From NCBI GenBank assembly GCA_963727525.1, contig CAVSGO010000005.1:288001-352000 (forward strand): 64,000 nucleotides of DNA, given 5' to 3'. Made by a program: the position numbers and the translations under genes. The stretch's first letter is position 1, and every line of letters starts with the position of its first letter. The DNA is from an uncultured bacterium (GTDB lineage: Bacteria > Krumholzibacteriota > Krumholzibacteriia > LZORAL124-64-63). Positions 1 through 10,295 of this stretch are shown here, piece after piece. Under the pieces are notes generated by a model that did no database searches, was not told the origin of the DNA, and saw only the letters and a program-made list of their open reading frames with translations.

Positions 1-1104
1 CTCGGGGTGCACGAGGAAGCTCTGCCGCAGGAAATCGCCCTCGCGCACGAGGATGCCGCCGGCCGAGAACGGCATGTAGAACCACTTGTGCGGATCGACG
101 GTGATCGAGTCGGCCACCTCGATCCCGGCCAGCATGGGTGCGTACCGCTCCGACAGCACGACGGCGCCGCCGTACGCGGCGTCGACGTGGTACCAGCAGT
201 CGTGCGCCGCGGCGATCCCGGCCAGATCCGCCAGCTTGTCGATACTGCCCGTGTTCGTGGTGCCGGCGATGCCGATGATGCAGCAGGGTCGCAGGCCGGC
301 CGCCTCGTCCTCGGCGATGGCGGCCGAGAGGGCCTCGAGGTCGATGCGGTAGAGTTCGTCAACCGGGATCTTGCGGAGCTGGGTGCGGCCCAGGCCGAGG
401 AGGTCGATCGCCTTCACGAAGCTGTAATGTCCCTGGCTCGACACGTAGAACGTGAGCTTCCCGTGGTCGTCGCATGGCGGATCGATGGTGTCGAGCTGCG
501 AGAGGTTGCGCCCCAGCGCGCGGTTGATGGCCAGCTTCAGCCCCGTGATGTTGGCCAGCGATCCGCCCGACACGAAGGTGCCGAAGCTGCGCTCTCCCAG
601 ACCGAACGCGTCGCACAGCCAGTGGATCACACGCTTCTCCACCGCCGTGCCCGCCGGCGCGTGCCGCCACGAGGCCACGTTCTGGTTCATCGCCGCAGCG
701 AGAGCCTCGGCAAAGATCGCGATGGGCAGCGGCGACGGATTCATCATGCCGAAGTAGCGCCGGCTGCCGATGGCCATGGTGTTGGGGAAGACCTTGGTCC
801 GGCATTCCTGCACGAGGTCGGCGAAGGTACACCCCTCCTCGGGCATGATCTCGGCGAAGAGATCGTCGAGGCCGGCCGGCGACACCGGGCCATACACACG
901 GCGTCCCTCGAGACCCTTGAGATACTCCACGATGAGGTCGACGACGGCGTTGCCCATCTGCTTGAGCGTCTTGAGGTCATCCGCGAGTTCAGGCCGCGCC
1001 TTGACCTCCTCGGTCAGCGGCTCCTTGGTCGCGTCGGACACCGGTGGCGTCGGTCCGGGGAAGTTCTGCCCCGGGAAGATCGGCCCATCGGGAAAGCTCG
1101 TCAT
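1..1104 (-). CDS. PLP-dependent group II amino-acid decarboxylase (partial; 3' end lies beyond window start)
   Basis: Not in the ORF track; hand-translated from ATG at 1104, which overlaps the HAD stop. Contains FGTFVSGGSLAN, WYHVDAAYGG and ADSITVDPHKWFY (PLP-lysine motif). Confidence 0.9.
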   Translation of the reverse strand, partial: MTSFPDGPIFPGQNFPGPTPPVSDATKEPLTEEVKARPELADDLKTLKQMGNAVVDLIVEYLKGLEGRRVYGPVSPAGLDDLFAEIMPEEGCTFADLVQECRTKVFPNTMAIGSRRYFGMMNPSPLPIAIFAEALAAAMNQNVASWRHAPAGTAVEKRVIHWLCDAFGLGERSFGTFVSGGSLANITGLKLAINRALGRNLSQLDTIDPPCDDHGKLTFYVSSQGHYSFVKAIDLLGLGRTQLRKIPVDELYRIDLEALSAAIAEDEAAGLRPCCIIGIAGTTNTGSIDKLADLAGIAAAHDCWYHVDAAYGGAVVLSERYAPMLAGIEVADSITVDPHKWFYMPFSAGGILVREGDFLRQSFLVHPE

Positions 1105-2003
1105 GACATCTCCTCGTCGACCACCGCGGCCGGCGGAAACGCCCCCGTCGCGATGGCCTCCAGGATGGCCGCCGCGCCGCTCACCGCGACCGGATCCGCC
1201 ACGTGGTGGGCCGCGGCCACGACATCGTCGGGTCCGCCGCCCATCGCCACGGCGACGGCCGCCGCGGCGAACATGTCGAGGTCGTTGTAGTTGTCGCCGA
1301 TCGCGACGATGCGCGAGCGAGGAATGCCGTATGCCGTCGCGAGTTCCAGCACGCCGGTCCCCTTGCTGCACGCGTGATGATACACCTCGGCCCAGTAGTA
1401 CTTGTTACGCCCCAGGAGCGAGCGCGTGTTGATCACCCGCACCGCGTCGGGCATCGCCTCGCGCAACGACCTCGTCAGAGGCAGGATGGCGTCGATCGTG
1501 TCGATCGATCCCACCTCGAGCGCCGTGGCCGGCATCTCGGCGAGCAGGTCATCCGTCCAGGTGAGCGCCCCCACCCACTCCTGTCGGTGCTCCAGGTACG
1601 TGGCCAGGATGGGATTCACGTCGCCGCGGTCGGTGAAGAGCACGCCGCCATCCTCATCCACACCGTAGACCATCGGCATGACGCCATGGTCCTGGAAGGC
1701 GCGCACCACGCGCCGCAACTCATCTCCGCCGAGGATGTTGTAGGCGAGCCGCCGGTAGGGCTCGCCGCCGGTCACCACCGCGCCGTTGAGCGTGACCTTG
1801 GGCAGATCCCGGGGATGCCACCCGGTGTGATCGAGCAGACTATCGAGCGAGCGGCCGTTGCGACCGGTGCAGATGGCGACCACGTGCCCCGCCGCACGCA
1901 CGGCCTCCAAGGCGGCCACCTCGCGGTCGCGCAGGTGATCCTCGGCCTCGGTATCGAGCAATGTGCCGTCCATGTCGACGGCCACGAGGAGACGGTCGCT
2001 CAT
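1101..2003 (-). CDS. Cof-type HAD-IIB hydrolase
   Basis: Motifs VAVDMDGTLL, ICTGR, SKG, AIGDNYNDLDMF; start at MSDRLL after GAAGGTGG. Confidence 0.9.
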   Translation of the reverse strand: MSDRLLVAVDMDGTLLDTEAEDHLRDREVAALEAVRAAGHVVAICTGRNGRSLDSLLDHTGWHPRDLPKVTLNGAVVTGGEPYRRLAYNILGGDELRRVVRAFQDHGVMPMVYGVDEDGGVLFTDRGDVNPILATYLEHRQEWVGALTWTDDLLAEMPATALEVGSIDTIDAILPLTRSLREAMPDAVRVINTRSLLGRNKYYWAEVYHHACSKGTGVLELATAYGIPRSRIVAIGDNYNDLDMFAAAAVAVAMGGGPDDVVAAAHHVADPVAVSGAAAILEAIATGAFPPAAVVDEEMS

Positions 2004-2023
2004 CGCACCACCTTCCGGCGAGT

Positions 2024-2299
2024 CTAGCCGGTCACGGTGAAGTCGAGATACTGGCCCGTAACGTCCTGCCAGCGTTCGACGCAGCGCTCGACGTGGGCGT
2101 GATCGGGGCCGTGGCGTGCCCACTCGAGCATGGCCTCGGCGGCCTCGCGCGGTCCCTCGACGACGATGCGCACCGTGCCGTCCGGCAGGTTGCAAACCCA
2201 CCCCACGAGCCCGAGGGCCCGGGCCTGCCTCATCGTATGCCAGCGGAATCCCACACCCTGCACGCGGCCGCTCACGGAGATGTCGAGCCTGGTGTCCAT
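2024..2299 (-). CDS. acyP: Acylphosphatase
   Basis: SGRVQGVGFR and GWVCNLPDGTV signatures, 91 aa. Confidence 0.93.
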   Translation of the reverse strand: MDTRLDISVSGRVQGVGFRWHTMRQARALGLVGWVCNLPDGTVRIVVEGPREAAEAMLEWARHGPDHAHVERCVERWQDVTGQYLDFTVTG

Positions 2300-2363
2300 G
2301 CCGCCCCTGCCTCCCAGAAGAATACCGTCTGGCGCGTGATCTTGCCAGGCGGTGGCAGGCCGG

Positions 2364-3218
2364 TCAATACCCCCGCCACGGCAGGGGACCGCGGCCCCGG
2401 GCGGGCGACATCCACGACCGGGTGGCGCGGCTGAGCCCCGCAGCCGCCGGCTGCCCATGGTTGGCGATCTCGTCGGTCTGGAAGTCCAGTTCCCCGAAGA
2501 TGCGCCGGCCGTTGCGTCCAGCGGAGTTGCCGATGCCGAGGAGCCTGTCGCCGTACCAGGCCACGGCGAAGCCCAGCGTCCAGGCATCGTCGGCCACGTC
2601 GCCGAGGAGTGCGTCGAGCCATGCGTCCACGTCGAGAACGAGGAAACCCCGAGTGACCTGGAACACGGTGATGGCGCGCAGCACGGAGTGGCGGGTGGCG
2701 TCGCCCGACGTGATGCGGATGGCGCGGTCGCCCAGGTGCCACTCGTCGAACACGAGGGGGCTGGCGAGCACCAGGGAACCGGGATGGTAGCCCATGATGC
2801 TGTAGGGCATGGAAAAGGAGAAACGCGCGTTGCGCAGCCGGATCACGAGCCGGCGGTCGCTCACCAGATCCTCGTGGTGCGCCGCTTCGGCGGCGGGGAT
2901 GGCCTCGCGCGAGAAGCTGACGAGCGCGTCGAGAGGGAAGTCGGACGGCCTTCCCCAGTCGGCCGCGAAATCGGTGACGTCGGCCGCCGTCCACGTCCCC
3001 AGGGAATCGGCCGCGACGAATCCGAGCACCATGGCGAAGAACGGCTCCTTCACCGCGGCCGCGAGCACCGCGCGCGACGGCACCAGATCGCCCGCACGCC
3101 CGACGTCGGGCACGTGGCGGAATGCCGCGCTGTCGGGCCGCGCCACGGGCGGTGCACCGGAACCGATCTCCGGTACGTTCAGCAGCAAGACGATGGATAT
3201 GATCGCGACGGCGCGCAC
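2364..3218 (-). CDS. Hypothetical exported protein
   Basis: GTG start after GAGGAG, hydrophobic N-terminus; co-oriented with neighbours; no motif recognised. Confidence 0.6.
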   Translation of the reverse strand: MRAVAIISIVLLLNVPEIGSGAPPVARPDSAAFRHVPDVGRAGDLVPSRAVLAAAVKEPFFAMVLGFVAADSLGTWTAADVTDFAADWGRPSDFPLDALVSFSREAIPAAEAAHHEDLVSDRRLVIRLRNARFSFSMPYSIMGYHPGSLVLASPLVFDEWHLGDRAIRITSGDATRHSVLRAITVFQVTRGFLVLDVDAWLDALLGDVADDAWTLGFAVAWYGDRLLGIGNSAGRNGRRIFGELDFQTDEIANHGQPAAAGLSRATRSWMSPARGRGPLPWRGY

Positions 3219-3318
3219 GCCCGCTCCTCGTTCGGGGATCGATTTGCCGAACAGGGTACGCTCGTGAAGGGGAGATCGCGACGTCGGCGGCATGAGAACC
3301 CCCGCACCGGTCCCGCCC

Positions 3319-5334
3319 TCAGCTCACCGCGGCGATGGCCTCGAGGTTGTGGCGCGCATCGTCGTGGTCGGGGTGGCGGGCGAGCACGTCCTCGAGCATG
3401 GCCACGGCCCGACCAGCGTCACCCTGTTGCCACAGGGTCACCGCCAGATCGCTCGCCGCGCGCGGATCCTCGGGCCTGCTGGCGAGCACGGACCTGAAGT
3501 GCCGCTCGGCCTGAGCCAGTCGGCCGCGTGCGAAGAGGTCCTCGCCCATCACGAGCCGGCGCTCCAGGTCCCATGCCGACCATGGCAGGGGATCGAGGCG
3601 GGGCCCGGCCGCCAGCGGCTCGGTGTGCAGAGCGGGCAGGAATCCGTCGGCCAGCAGGACCTCGGGGGGCAGGGCCGCGCCCTGCTCCACACTGTCAGGT
3701 AACCCCCACTTGCGCTTGAAGATGGCGAAGCGGCTCTCGATCTGCGTGGCGTAGTCGATCTTGCCCGCCACGAAGCTGCGGCTGCCGAAGTGGTGCACGA
3801 AGCTGTCTTCCACCATCAGCGCGCGCCAGTCGGCGAGGAAGGCGCGCAGGCAGTAGTCGGTATCCTCATAGTTGCCCTGACCGAAGCCCTCGTCGAGGCC
3901 ACCGATCTCCTCGATCACGCGGCGGCGGATGAGCAGGCAGAAACCGACGGCGCACAGCAGCGGCGTGGTGCGGCCGGCGAAGCGCACGGCGCGGCTGGCC
4001 GCGAAGCGGTCGAGCCCCGTGCAGGTGGGCTGGTCATACCGGACGCGCGCAAGTTTCTGTGCGCCGGAGATGTTGTTGGTCACGGGTCCGAACAACCCGG
4101 CGCGGGGATGGCGCGCGAGCGCGGCCAACAGAGTGTCGAGCCAGCCGGGCGTGACGACGGTGTCGTTGTTCAGCAGCAGCACGTGGTCGCCGCGCGCCGC
4201 GCTGATACCCTGGTTGTTGCCGGCGGCAAAACCGCGGTTCTCGGCGTTGAGGATCACGCGCACGCGGTTCTCGCGCCTTGCCAGGTCCTGCAGCCATTGC
4301 GGCGTCCCGTCGGTACTTCCGTTGTCGACGAAGATCAGCTCGTGCCGGGGATGCGTGTGCACCAGCAACGACGCCGCGCAGCGCTCGGTATACGCGCGCG
4401 CGTTCCAGGTGAGTACCACGATCGAAACCGTGGGAGCCGCACCCGCGCGTGGCGGGCGCGGATCGCGCGCCAGGGGCAACGCATACGTGATGCGCCTCTT
4501 GGTGCTCACGATCTGCCTCTTGCACTCGGAGGCGGCGAGGAACTCCGGCTTGATGACGCCGCGCCACCGCGCGGTGAGCACCTCGCTGTTGTGTCTCACC
4601 TGCCGCCACCGTTCGGGTCCCGACTGTGATTCGAAGTGCCAGACGACGCATGCCGGCTGATACACAAGCCGCCACCCGGCCTGGACCAGCCTGAAGCAGA
4701 GGTCCACGTCCTCGTTGCCGTTCCAGTAGATGGGGTCGAATCCGCCGGCGGCTGCAAAGGCCTCGCGGCGCACCATCAGGCACGCCGCCGTCAATACCTG
4801 GCACTCCCGGGGACGCTGATACGCGGGATCGTTGGCCGACTTCCTGTATCCCCGATGTCGGCCAACCACGTTGACGTGGCCATCCGAGCTCGCGCCCTCG
4901 AACACCCCCGCGCCGGCGTGCTGGATCGTCCCGTCCGGAAAGAGCAGCAGCGCGCCCACCGCGCCAACCGCGGGATCGCGATCGAGCGTATCGACCAGCG
5001 GCTCCAGCCACCGAGGCGTGACGACGGTGTCGTTGTTCAGGAAGAGCAGGTGGCGCCCGCGGGCCACGTCCGCTCCCGCATTGCAACCGCGCGCAAACCC
5101 CAGGTTCTCACCCGGTGCGACCACGCGCAGCTCGCCGGCGGCCTCGCGCGCGCGAAGGTAGGCCGGCGAACCGTCCGTGCTGCCGTTGTCCACCACCACG
5201 ATCTCGGCCATCCCAGCGGGCGTATACTCCGCCAGCGACTCGAGACAGGCCCGCGTGAGGTCGAGCTTGTTGAACGCGGGGATGATGATCGACACGTCCG
5301 GTACGGACGTGGCGGTATTCGTCGGCCTCGTCAC
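3319..5334 (-). CDS. Glycosyltransferase with two GT2 domains and C-terminal TPR
   Basis: Two copies of VSIxI...VDNGSTDG...NxGFA...LNNDT...GGxD...ED; TPR-like helices at C-terminus; GTG start after AGGAGG. Confidence 0.9.
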   Translation of the reverse strand: MTRPTNTATSVPDVSIIIPAFNKLDLTRACLESLAEYTPAGMAEIVVVDNGSTDGSPAYLRAREAAGELRVVAPGENLGFARGCNAGADVARGRHLLFLNNDTVVTPRWLEPLVDTLDRDPAVGAVGALLLFPDGTIQHAGAGVFEGASSDGHVNVVGRHRGYRKSANDPAYQRPRECQVLTAACLMVRREAFAAAGGFDPIYWNGNEDVDLCFRLVQAGWRLVYQPACVVWHFESQSGPERWRQVRHNSEVLTARWRGVIKPEFLAASECKRQIVSTKRRITYALPLARDPRPPRAGAAPTVSIVVLTWNARAYTERCAASLLVHTHPRHELIFVDNGSTDGTPQWLQDLARRENRVRVILNAENRGFAAGNNQGISAARGDHVLLLNNDTVVTPGWLDTLLAALARHPRAGLFGPVTNNISGAQKLARVRYDQPTCTGLDRFAASRAVRFAGRTTPLLCAVGFCLLIRRRVIEEIGGLDEGFGQGNYEDTDYCLRAFLADWRALMVEDSFVHHFGSRSFVAGKIDYATQIESRFAIFKRKWGLPDSVEQGAALPPEVLLADGFLPALHTEPLAAGPRLDPLPWSAWDLERRLVMGEDLFARGRLAQAERHFRSVLASRPEDPRAASDLAVTLWQQGDAGRAVAMLEDVLARHPDHDDARHNLEAIAAVS

Positions 5335-5392
5335 GGGATACCTCCTGACTTCCGCCGCCCCGAGCCAGAACCGTTCCAGACCTCCCACACCG

Positions 5393-5408
5393 TGGCCCTG
5401 GGCTTGCA
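5393..5408 (+). promoter_or_regulatory. Putative sigma54 -24/-12 promoter
   Basis: TGGCCCTGGGCTTGCA (GG-N10-GC), 42 bp before the sulfotransferase ATG. Confidence 0.6.
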
Positions 5409-5450
5409 AGTCTCCCCTCGAGATACCCGACCCATACCCTGGAGCCCACG

Positions 5451-6401
5451 ATGGCAACGGTCTTTCTGCTCTGCTCGGAACTGTCCGGCAGCAATCTGAT
5501 CACCCGGATGGTCGACAACCATCCGCAGTACTGTACGCCGTCCCCGGCGCACCTGATCCGCCTGCTCGCCCCCTACGAAGCGGCGTATGGCGACCTGACG
5601 CGTGACGATCCCTGGCGCCGGCTGTGTGCCGACACGGCCGACATCCTCGCCACCACCCTTTCCCCGTGGCGCACGACCCCGACCGCCGCCGAGCTGCAAG
5701 CGCGCGTCCCGGATCGCACGTTACCGGCCCTGCTGCGCCACGTGTTCGCCGACGAGGTCGCGGCCCACGGCAAATCGGAACTTTTCGTCGCAGAGAGCCG
5801 CCTATGGCGCGACCTGCCGTACCTGCTGACGGTCTGGCCCGATGCCCGCGCCATCGTCCTGGTACGAGATCCCCGCGACGTGGCCCTCGCCTGGAAGCGC
5901 TCGCCGGTCCACCGCGGCGACGTGGTGCGCGCCGCGCGGGTGTGGCAGCAGGACCAGGCGGCCGGCCTGAGCGTCGTCGGCCATCTGCGCGACGGTCGGC
6001 ACGGTCTCCTGCTCACCTACGAAGATCTCGCCATCGTGCCCGAACTGGAGATGATCCGCCTCTGCCGTTTCCTGGGCGTGGCGTACGATCCGGCCCAGCT
6101 GAGGGGACCGGATGCCGGCGACACCGTGGGCGAATTCCGCGCGGGTCTCTCGCCCTCCGAGGTCGCCCTCGTGGAGCGGATCTGTGCGCAAGAGATGGAG
6201 CAGCTGGATTACGTCCCCGAAACGGCCGACCGGCGTTCATTGACCGAACTCGAGGCCCGGCTCCTGCCGCGCGAGCGCCACGATAAACCCGAATACCGGC
6301 TGCTCCCGGCGAAGGAACGCGCTGCCCGCGCGCGCCGCGAGCTGCTGATTCGCCGCCTCGAGGCCAGCCGCGAGCCGGCAAGCCTGAGCATCGGAAGCTG
6401 A
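5451..6401 (+). CDS. Sulfotransferase family protein (degenerate PAPS loop)
   Basis: SELSGSNL at the 5'-PSB position, LVRDPRDV (3'-PB), LTYEDL...PE...RLCRFLG. Confidence 0.8.
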   Translation: MATVFLLCSELSGSNLITRMVDNHPQYCTPSPAHLIRLLAPYEAAYGDLTRDDPWRRLCADTADILATTLSPWRTTPTAAELQARVPDRTLPALLRHVFADEVAAHGKSELFVAESRLWRDLPYLLTVWPDARAIVLVRDPRDVALAWKRSPVHRGDVVRAARVWQQDQAAGLSVVGHLRDGRHGLLLTYEDLAIVPELEMIRLCRFLGVAYDPAQLRGPDAGDTVGEFRAGLSPSEVALVERICAQEMEQLDYVPETADRRSLTELEARLLPRERHDKPEYRLLPAKERAARARRELLIRRLEASREPASLSIGS

Positions 6402-6408
6402 GGCCACC

Positions 6409-7428
6409 GTGAATGAACGCGACCGCATGCCCGCGTTCCAGCGCAACGCCCGCCTCGAGAGCGTGCTCGACGTGCTCAACGGTGAGCTCGCCACCCTCGG
6501 CGAGCACATCAGCCTGCGCTACGACCAGCCGCACAACCCACCGGTGCTCATCCTCGGCTGCGCGCGCAGCGGAACCACGCTGTTGCTGCAGTGGCTCGCC
6601 GCCGGCGGCGACGTGACATACGCCAGCAACCTCATCGCCCGGTTCTTTGCCGCCCCCTGGATCGGCGCTCGCGTGCAGCAGGTCCTCACCGATCCGGGCT
6701 GTGCGTGCGGCGACGAATTCGCCGACCTCGCCGGCGCCGACACCTCGCTCTGGTATCGCTCCGATCTCGGCAAGACCCGGGGCCTGCTCGCTCCGAACGA
6801 GTTCTGGTACTTCTGGCGCCGCTTCTTCCCCACGGGCGAGCTGGCGCGCATCGACGAGTCCAGATGGGATCCGGCGCTCGGCACACGTTTCGCGGCCGAG
6901 CTGGCAGCGTGGGAGCACGTGACGGGCAGGCCGCTCGCTCTCAAGGCGGGTATCCTGAGCTGGAATCTCCCGCTCCTGGCGCGACTCCTGCCGCGCGCCA
7001 TCTTCCTGCACGTATCTCGGGAGCCACTGGCCAACCTGCAGTCGCTGCTCCTGGCGCGCCGCCGCTACTTCGGCTGCGACGATCTCTGGTATTCCCACAA
7101 GCCCGACGAGTACGCGGAACTCGCCGACCTGCCGGTCCCCGATCAACTCGCCGGCCAGCTCGCAGCCACCGAGCGGGCTATCGCGACCGGCCTGGCAGGC
7201 CTGTCGCCACAGCGGGTGCTCGCGATTTCCTACGAGGATTTCTGTGCCGACCCTGGTGCCGTCCACGCCGATCTCGCAGCGCGAGTGCGCGCGCTGGGCG
7301 GGCGCCATCTGCGTTCCTACACGGGGCCGGCGCGCTTCGAGGCCACGAACGGCCTGCGCCTCACGCCGGGGGAATACCGGCCGTTGATCGAGGCCTGGGA
7401 GCGCACGTCCGGCCTCAGCGTGGCCTGA
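6409..7428 (+). CDS. Sulfotransferase family protein
   Basis: ILGCARSGTTLL 5'-PSB loop, FLHVSREPLAN, ISYEDFCADP. Confidence 0.88.
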   Translation: MNERDRMPAFQRNARLESVLDVLNGELATLGEHISLRYDQPHNPPVLILGCARSGTTLLLQWLAAGGDVTYASNLIARFFAAPWIGARVQQVLTDPGCACGDEFADLAGADTSLWYRSDLGKTRGLLAPNEFWYFWRRFFPTGELARIDESRWDPALGTRFAAELAAWEHVTGRPLALKAGILSWNLPLLARLLPRAIFLHVSREPLANLQSLLLARRRYFGCDDLWYSHKPDEYAELADLPVPDQLAGQLAATERAIATGLAGLSPQRVLAISYEDFCADPGAVHADLAARVRALGGRHLRSYTGPARFEATNGLRLTPGEYRPLIEAWERTSGLSVA

Positions 7429-8632
7429 GCTGACCCGTCGCGACCCGACGCACATGCCTCTGCTTCGCCTCGCGGTCGAGAGCCTGAACGGCGGCGGTCG
7501 AGGGGCGCCGAAGCAGATATCGCCAGCAGAGCGCCATCACCTCGCGCACCTCGTCGATCTCCAGCCAGGCACGTCCGAGGTTGAGCGTGGCGCCGAGATG
7601 GTCGGGATCGCATTCCAGCGCGCGCGACCAGTACGTCACGGCGCGCTCACGATCTCCGCCCTCCCACGTGAGGCATGCGAGATCGTCGAGAGCATCGACA
7701 TAGGCGGGGTCCTCGGTCAGGATCCGATCGAGGATCGCCATCGCGGCCTCCGCATCGCCGGCAGCCGCGAGCGCGCTCGCCCGCTGCCGCATGGTATCGA
7801 GGCGAGCCCACCGGACCGCGAGCTGCGGATCGAGAGGCCGCACGACCCACGGCGCACCGCGCTGCGGGTCGTATACGCCGGCCGCGGTGGCGTCGTCGCG
7901 CAGCACGATCCAGGCGGCGACCGCCGCCGCCATGAACGCCGGATCTCGCTGCACCTGGGCGTCGTGCTGGCGGAAGTCGCTCAGGGGGTCGCGGAAATAG
8001 ACGGCGTCGCCTCGCGTGAGCAGGCTCGTCCACATGTACGTGTCGCCGTTCTTCGGCGCCGCCCGGCCCGCGAAGCTCATGATGTGCGGCGTGTTGCCGG
8101 CGAGATCGGCCCGGCGGAACATCACGGTGGTCGGTTCGCCCACGACGTTGGTCTGCGTGCGCAGCATGCGATCGAGGAGTCCGAGCCCGCCGATCACGGC
8201 GTCGTCCCGGACGAGCGGCACGTTGAAGGACTGGTCCGGCAGCCGGTTGCCGTCGGCATCGATGAGACAGCGATAGGACGTGGCCAGCGTCACGTTGGGA
8301 TGGGCGTCGAGGGCGGCGCTCATGCGTGCCAGGCAGTCGGGCGCCAGGCGGTCGTCGTCGTTGAGGTACTTGATGTAGTGGCCTCTTGCGAGATCGAAGC
8401 ACTGCAGGTAGTTGCGCCGACCACCGATCGTGCCGGGATTGCGCACGAAACGCACCCGCGGGTCGTCACCCGCCACCTCGCGCACGATCGCAGCGATGGT
8501 GTCGTCCGGGCTGTCGTCACAGATCACATGCTCGAAATCGGGGCAGCTCTGGGCCTGGGCGCTGCGGAGGCAATCCGCGAAGTACGTCGCCTTGAAAGCC
8601 GTCGTGAGGATGCTGATCCGGGGTACGCTCAT
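7415..8632 (-). CDS. GT2 glycosyltransferase with C-terminal TPR repeats
   Basis: ISILTTAFK...ICDDSPD...YLNDDD...VGEPTTVMFRR, then TPR-like helices. Confidence 0.88.
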   Translation of the reverse strand: MSVPRISILTTAFKATYFADCLRSAQAQSCPDFEHVICDDSPDDTIAAIVREVAGDDPRVRFVRNPGTIGGRRNYLQCFDLARGHYIKYLNDDDRLAPDCLARMSAALDAHPNVTLATSYRCLIDADGNRLPDQSFNVPLVRDDAVIGGLGLLDRMLRTQTNVVGEPTTVMFRRADLAGNTPHIMSFAGRAAPKNGDTYMWTSLLTRGDAVYFRDPLSDFRQHDAQVQRDPAFMAAAVAAWIVLRDDATAAGVYDPQRGAPWVVRPLDPQLAVRWARLDTMRQRASALAAAGDAEAAMAILDRILTEDPAYVDALDDLACLTWEGGDRERAVTYWSRALECDPDHLGATLNLGRAWLEIDEVREVMALCWRYLLRRPSTAAVQALDREAKQRHVRRVATGQLRPR

Positions 8633-8671
8633 GAACACGGGCTTCTCCTCGCTGGAGTAGGCCCGTGTCCA

Positions 8672-8687
8672 GGCAAGATTTGCGCCA
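8672..8687 (-). promoter_or_regulatory. Putative sigma54 promoter
   Basis: Minus strand TGGCGCAAATCTTGCC, about 40 bp upstream of the GT2-TPR start. Confidence 0.65.
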
Positions 8688-8717
8688 GCCAGGGGATCAG
8701 TTCCATGGTCGAGACAA

Positions 8718-9341
8718 TCAGCGGCCGTTGGCCCCGCAGATCGTGGCGAAGGCCCGGTGCACCCGCCCATCCGACGTCAATTCCGGATGGAATGCCAGGC
8801 CCAGGACGCGGCCCTGACGCACCCCCGCAGGCTCGCCATCCGGGCGGCGGCACACGACCTCGGCGCCGGGACCGACGTCGGTGATCCGCGGCGCCCTGAT
8901 GTAGACGGCCGCCAACGGAGCCGCGCTCCCACCCTCATCTCCGAACACCGCGGGCGCGAGAGTGAGGTTCTCGGTGAAGGAATCGATCTGACGTCCGTAA
9001 CCGTTGCGTTGCACGGACACGTCGAGCAGCCCCAGGGGTCGCACGCCGTGCCGGTCAGGCCGCGTCTCGTCCACCACGTCGCGAGCCAGCATGATCAGCC
9101 CCGCACACGTGCCCAGCACGGGGCGCTCGTGGGCGAAGTCGATCAGGGGCTGCCGCAGATCGTTGCGGTCGATCAAACGCGAGAGCGTGGTGGACTCGCC
9201 ACCGGGGATGACGAGTCCAGCCACCTCTGCCAGCTCGGACGCCCGCCGCACCGGGAGCGTGGACACGCCCACCGCGGCGAAGGCCTGGCGGTGCATGTCG
9301 AAGTCGCCCTGCAGGGCCAGCACTCCGATCGGTCGGCCCAT
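8718..9341 (-). CDS. pdxT: PLP synthase glutaminase subunit
   Basis: GVLALQGDF, PGGESTT, GTCAGLI, RNGYGRQIDSF, FHPEL. Confidence 0.96.
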   Translation of the reverse strand: MGRPIGVLALQGDFDMHRQAFAAVGVSTLPVRRASELAEVAGLVIPGGESTTLSRLIDRNDLRQPLIDFAHERPVLGTCAGLIMLARDVVDETRPDRHGVRPLGLLDVSVQRNGYGRQIDSFTENLTLAPAVFGDEGGSAAPLAAVYIRAPRITDVGPGAEVVCRRPDGEPAGVRQGRVLGLAFHPELTSDGRVHRAFATICGANGR

Positions 9342-9346
9342 CGCGC

Positions 9347-10252
9347 CTACCAGCCTCGGCTCGCGAGCTTCTCGTTTTCGGGCAGACTGGCCACGTCGAT
9401 CCCGCGCATGGCCTCGCCCAGGTTCATCGAGATCTCGAGCAGCTTCGCAGGGTCGTTGGCATAGGTCACCGCCTGCACGACGGCCTCGGCGCGCGGCTTC
9501 GGATCGTCGCTCTTGAAGATGCCGCTGCCCACGAAGACGGTCTCCGCGCCGAGTTGCATCATGAGGGCGGCGTCGGCCGGCGTGGCCACGCCGCCGGCGG
9601 CGAAGTTGGGCACCGGCAGCTTGCCCAGTCGGCGCACCTCGTAGAGCAGGCTGAGCGGCGCGCCCAGAGCCTTGGCCTCGGCCATCATCTCGTCGTCGCG
9701 CAGCGTCGTCAGACGCCGGATGCCCTCCTGCACCATGCGCATGTGGCGTACGGCTTCCACGATGTTGCCGCTGCCGGCCTCGCCCTTGGTGCGGATCATC
9801 GCCGCGCCCTCGCCAATACGCCGCAGCGCCTCGCCCAGATTCCGGCAGCCGCACACGAAGGGCACCTTGAAGTCCCATTTCCAGACGTGGTTGTGCTCGT
9901 CGGCAGGTGTGAGCACCTCCGACTCGTCGATGAAATCGACGCCCAGGGCCTCGAGCACCTGCGACTCGGCGAAGTGGCCGATGCGGCACTTGGCCATCAC
10001 GGGAATGGACACCGCGTCCTGGATCTCCTTGATCATGCGCGGCTGGCTCATGCGCGCGATGCCGCCGTCGGCACGGATATCGGCAGGGATACGCTCGAGC
10101 GCCATGACGGCTGAGGCACCTGCCTCCTCTGCGATGCGCGCTTGGTCGGCATTGGTCACGTCCATGATCACGCCGCCCTTGAGCATCTCGGCCAGGCCGA
10201 TCTTCTGACGCATCAGCTCCTGAGCCTTCTCGTCAACCCACGGGAACACCAT
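9347..10252 (-). CDS. pdxS: PLP synthase lyase subunit
   Basis: [53 protein letters not shown]. Confidence 0.98.
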   Translation of the reverse strand: MVFPWVDEKAQELMRQKIGLAEMLKGGVIMDVTNADQARIAEEAGASAVMALERIPADIRADGGIARMSQPRMIKEIQDAVSIPVMAKCRIGHFAESQVLEALGVDFIDESEVLTPADEHNHVWKWDFKVPFVCGCRNLGEALRRIGEGAAMIRTKGEAGSGNIVEAVRHMRMVQEGIRRLTTLRDDEMMAEAKALGAPLSLLYEVRRLGKLPVPNFAAGGVATPADAALMMQLGAETVFVGSGIFKSDDPKPRAEAVVQAVTYANDPAKLLEISMNLGEAMRGIDVASLPENEKLASRGW

Positions 10253-10295
10253 CGCTCTGCCTCCTCGAAAACCGGGCCGCCTCGCCGGCGGCGGT

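Noticed and set aside
2330-2346. Sigma54-like TGGCGCGTGATCTTGCC
   Set aside because: GG-GC spacing is 11 rather than 10, and no plus-strand gene follows.
8718-9989. Long N-terminal extensions on pdxT, lipA, the SDR and BMC-T ORFs suggesting fusions or frameshifts
   Set aside because: The extensions are off-frame read-through over upstream genes; each real gene has a plausible start at the family's normal N-terminus.
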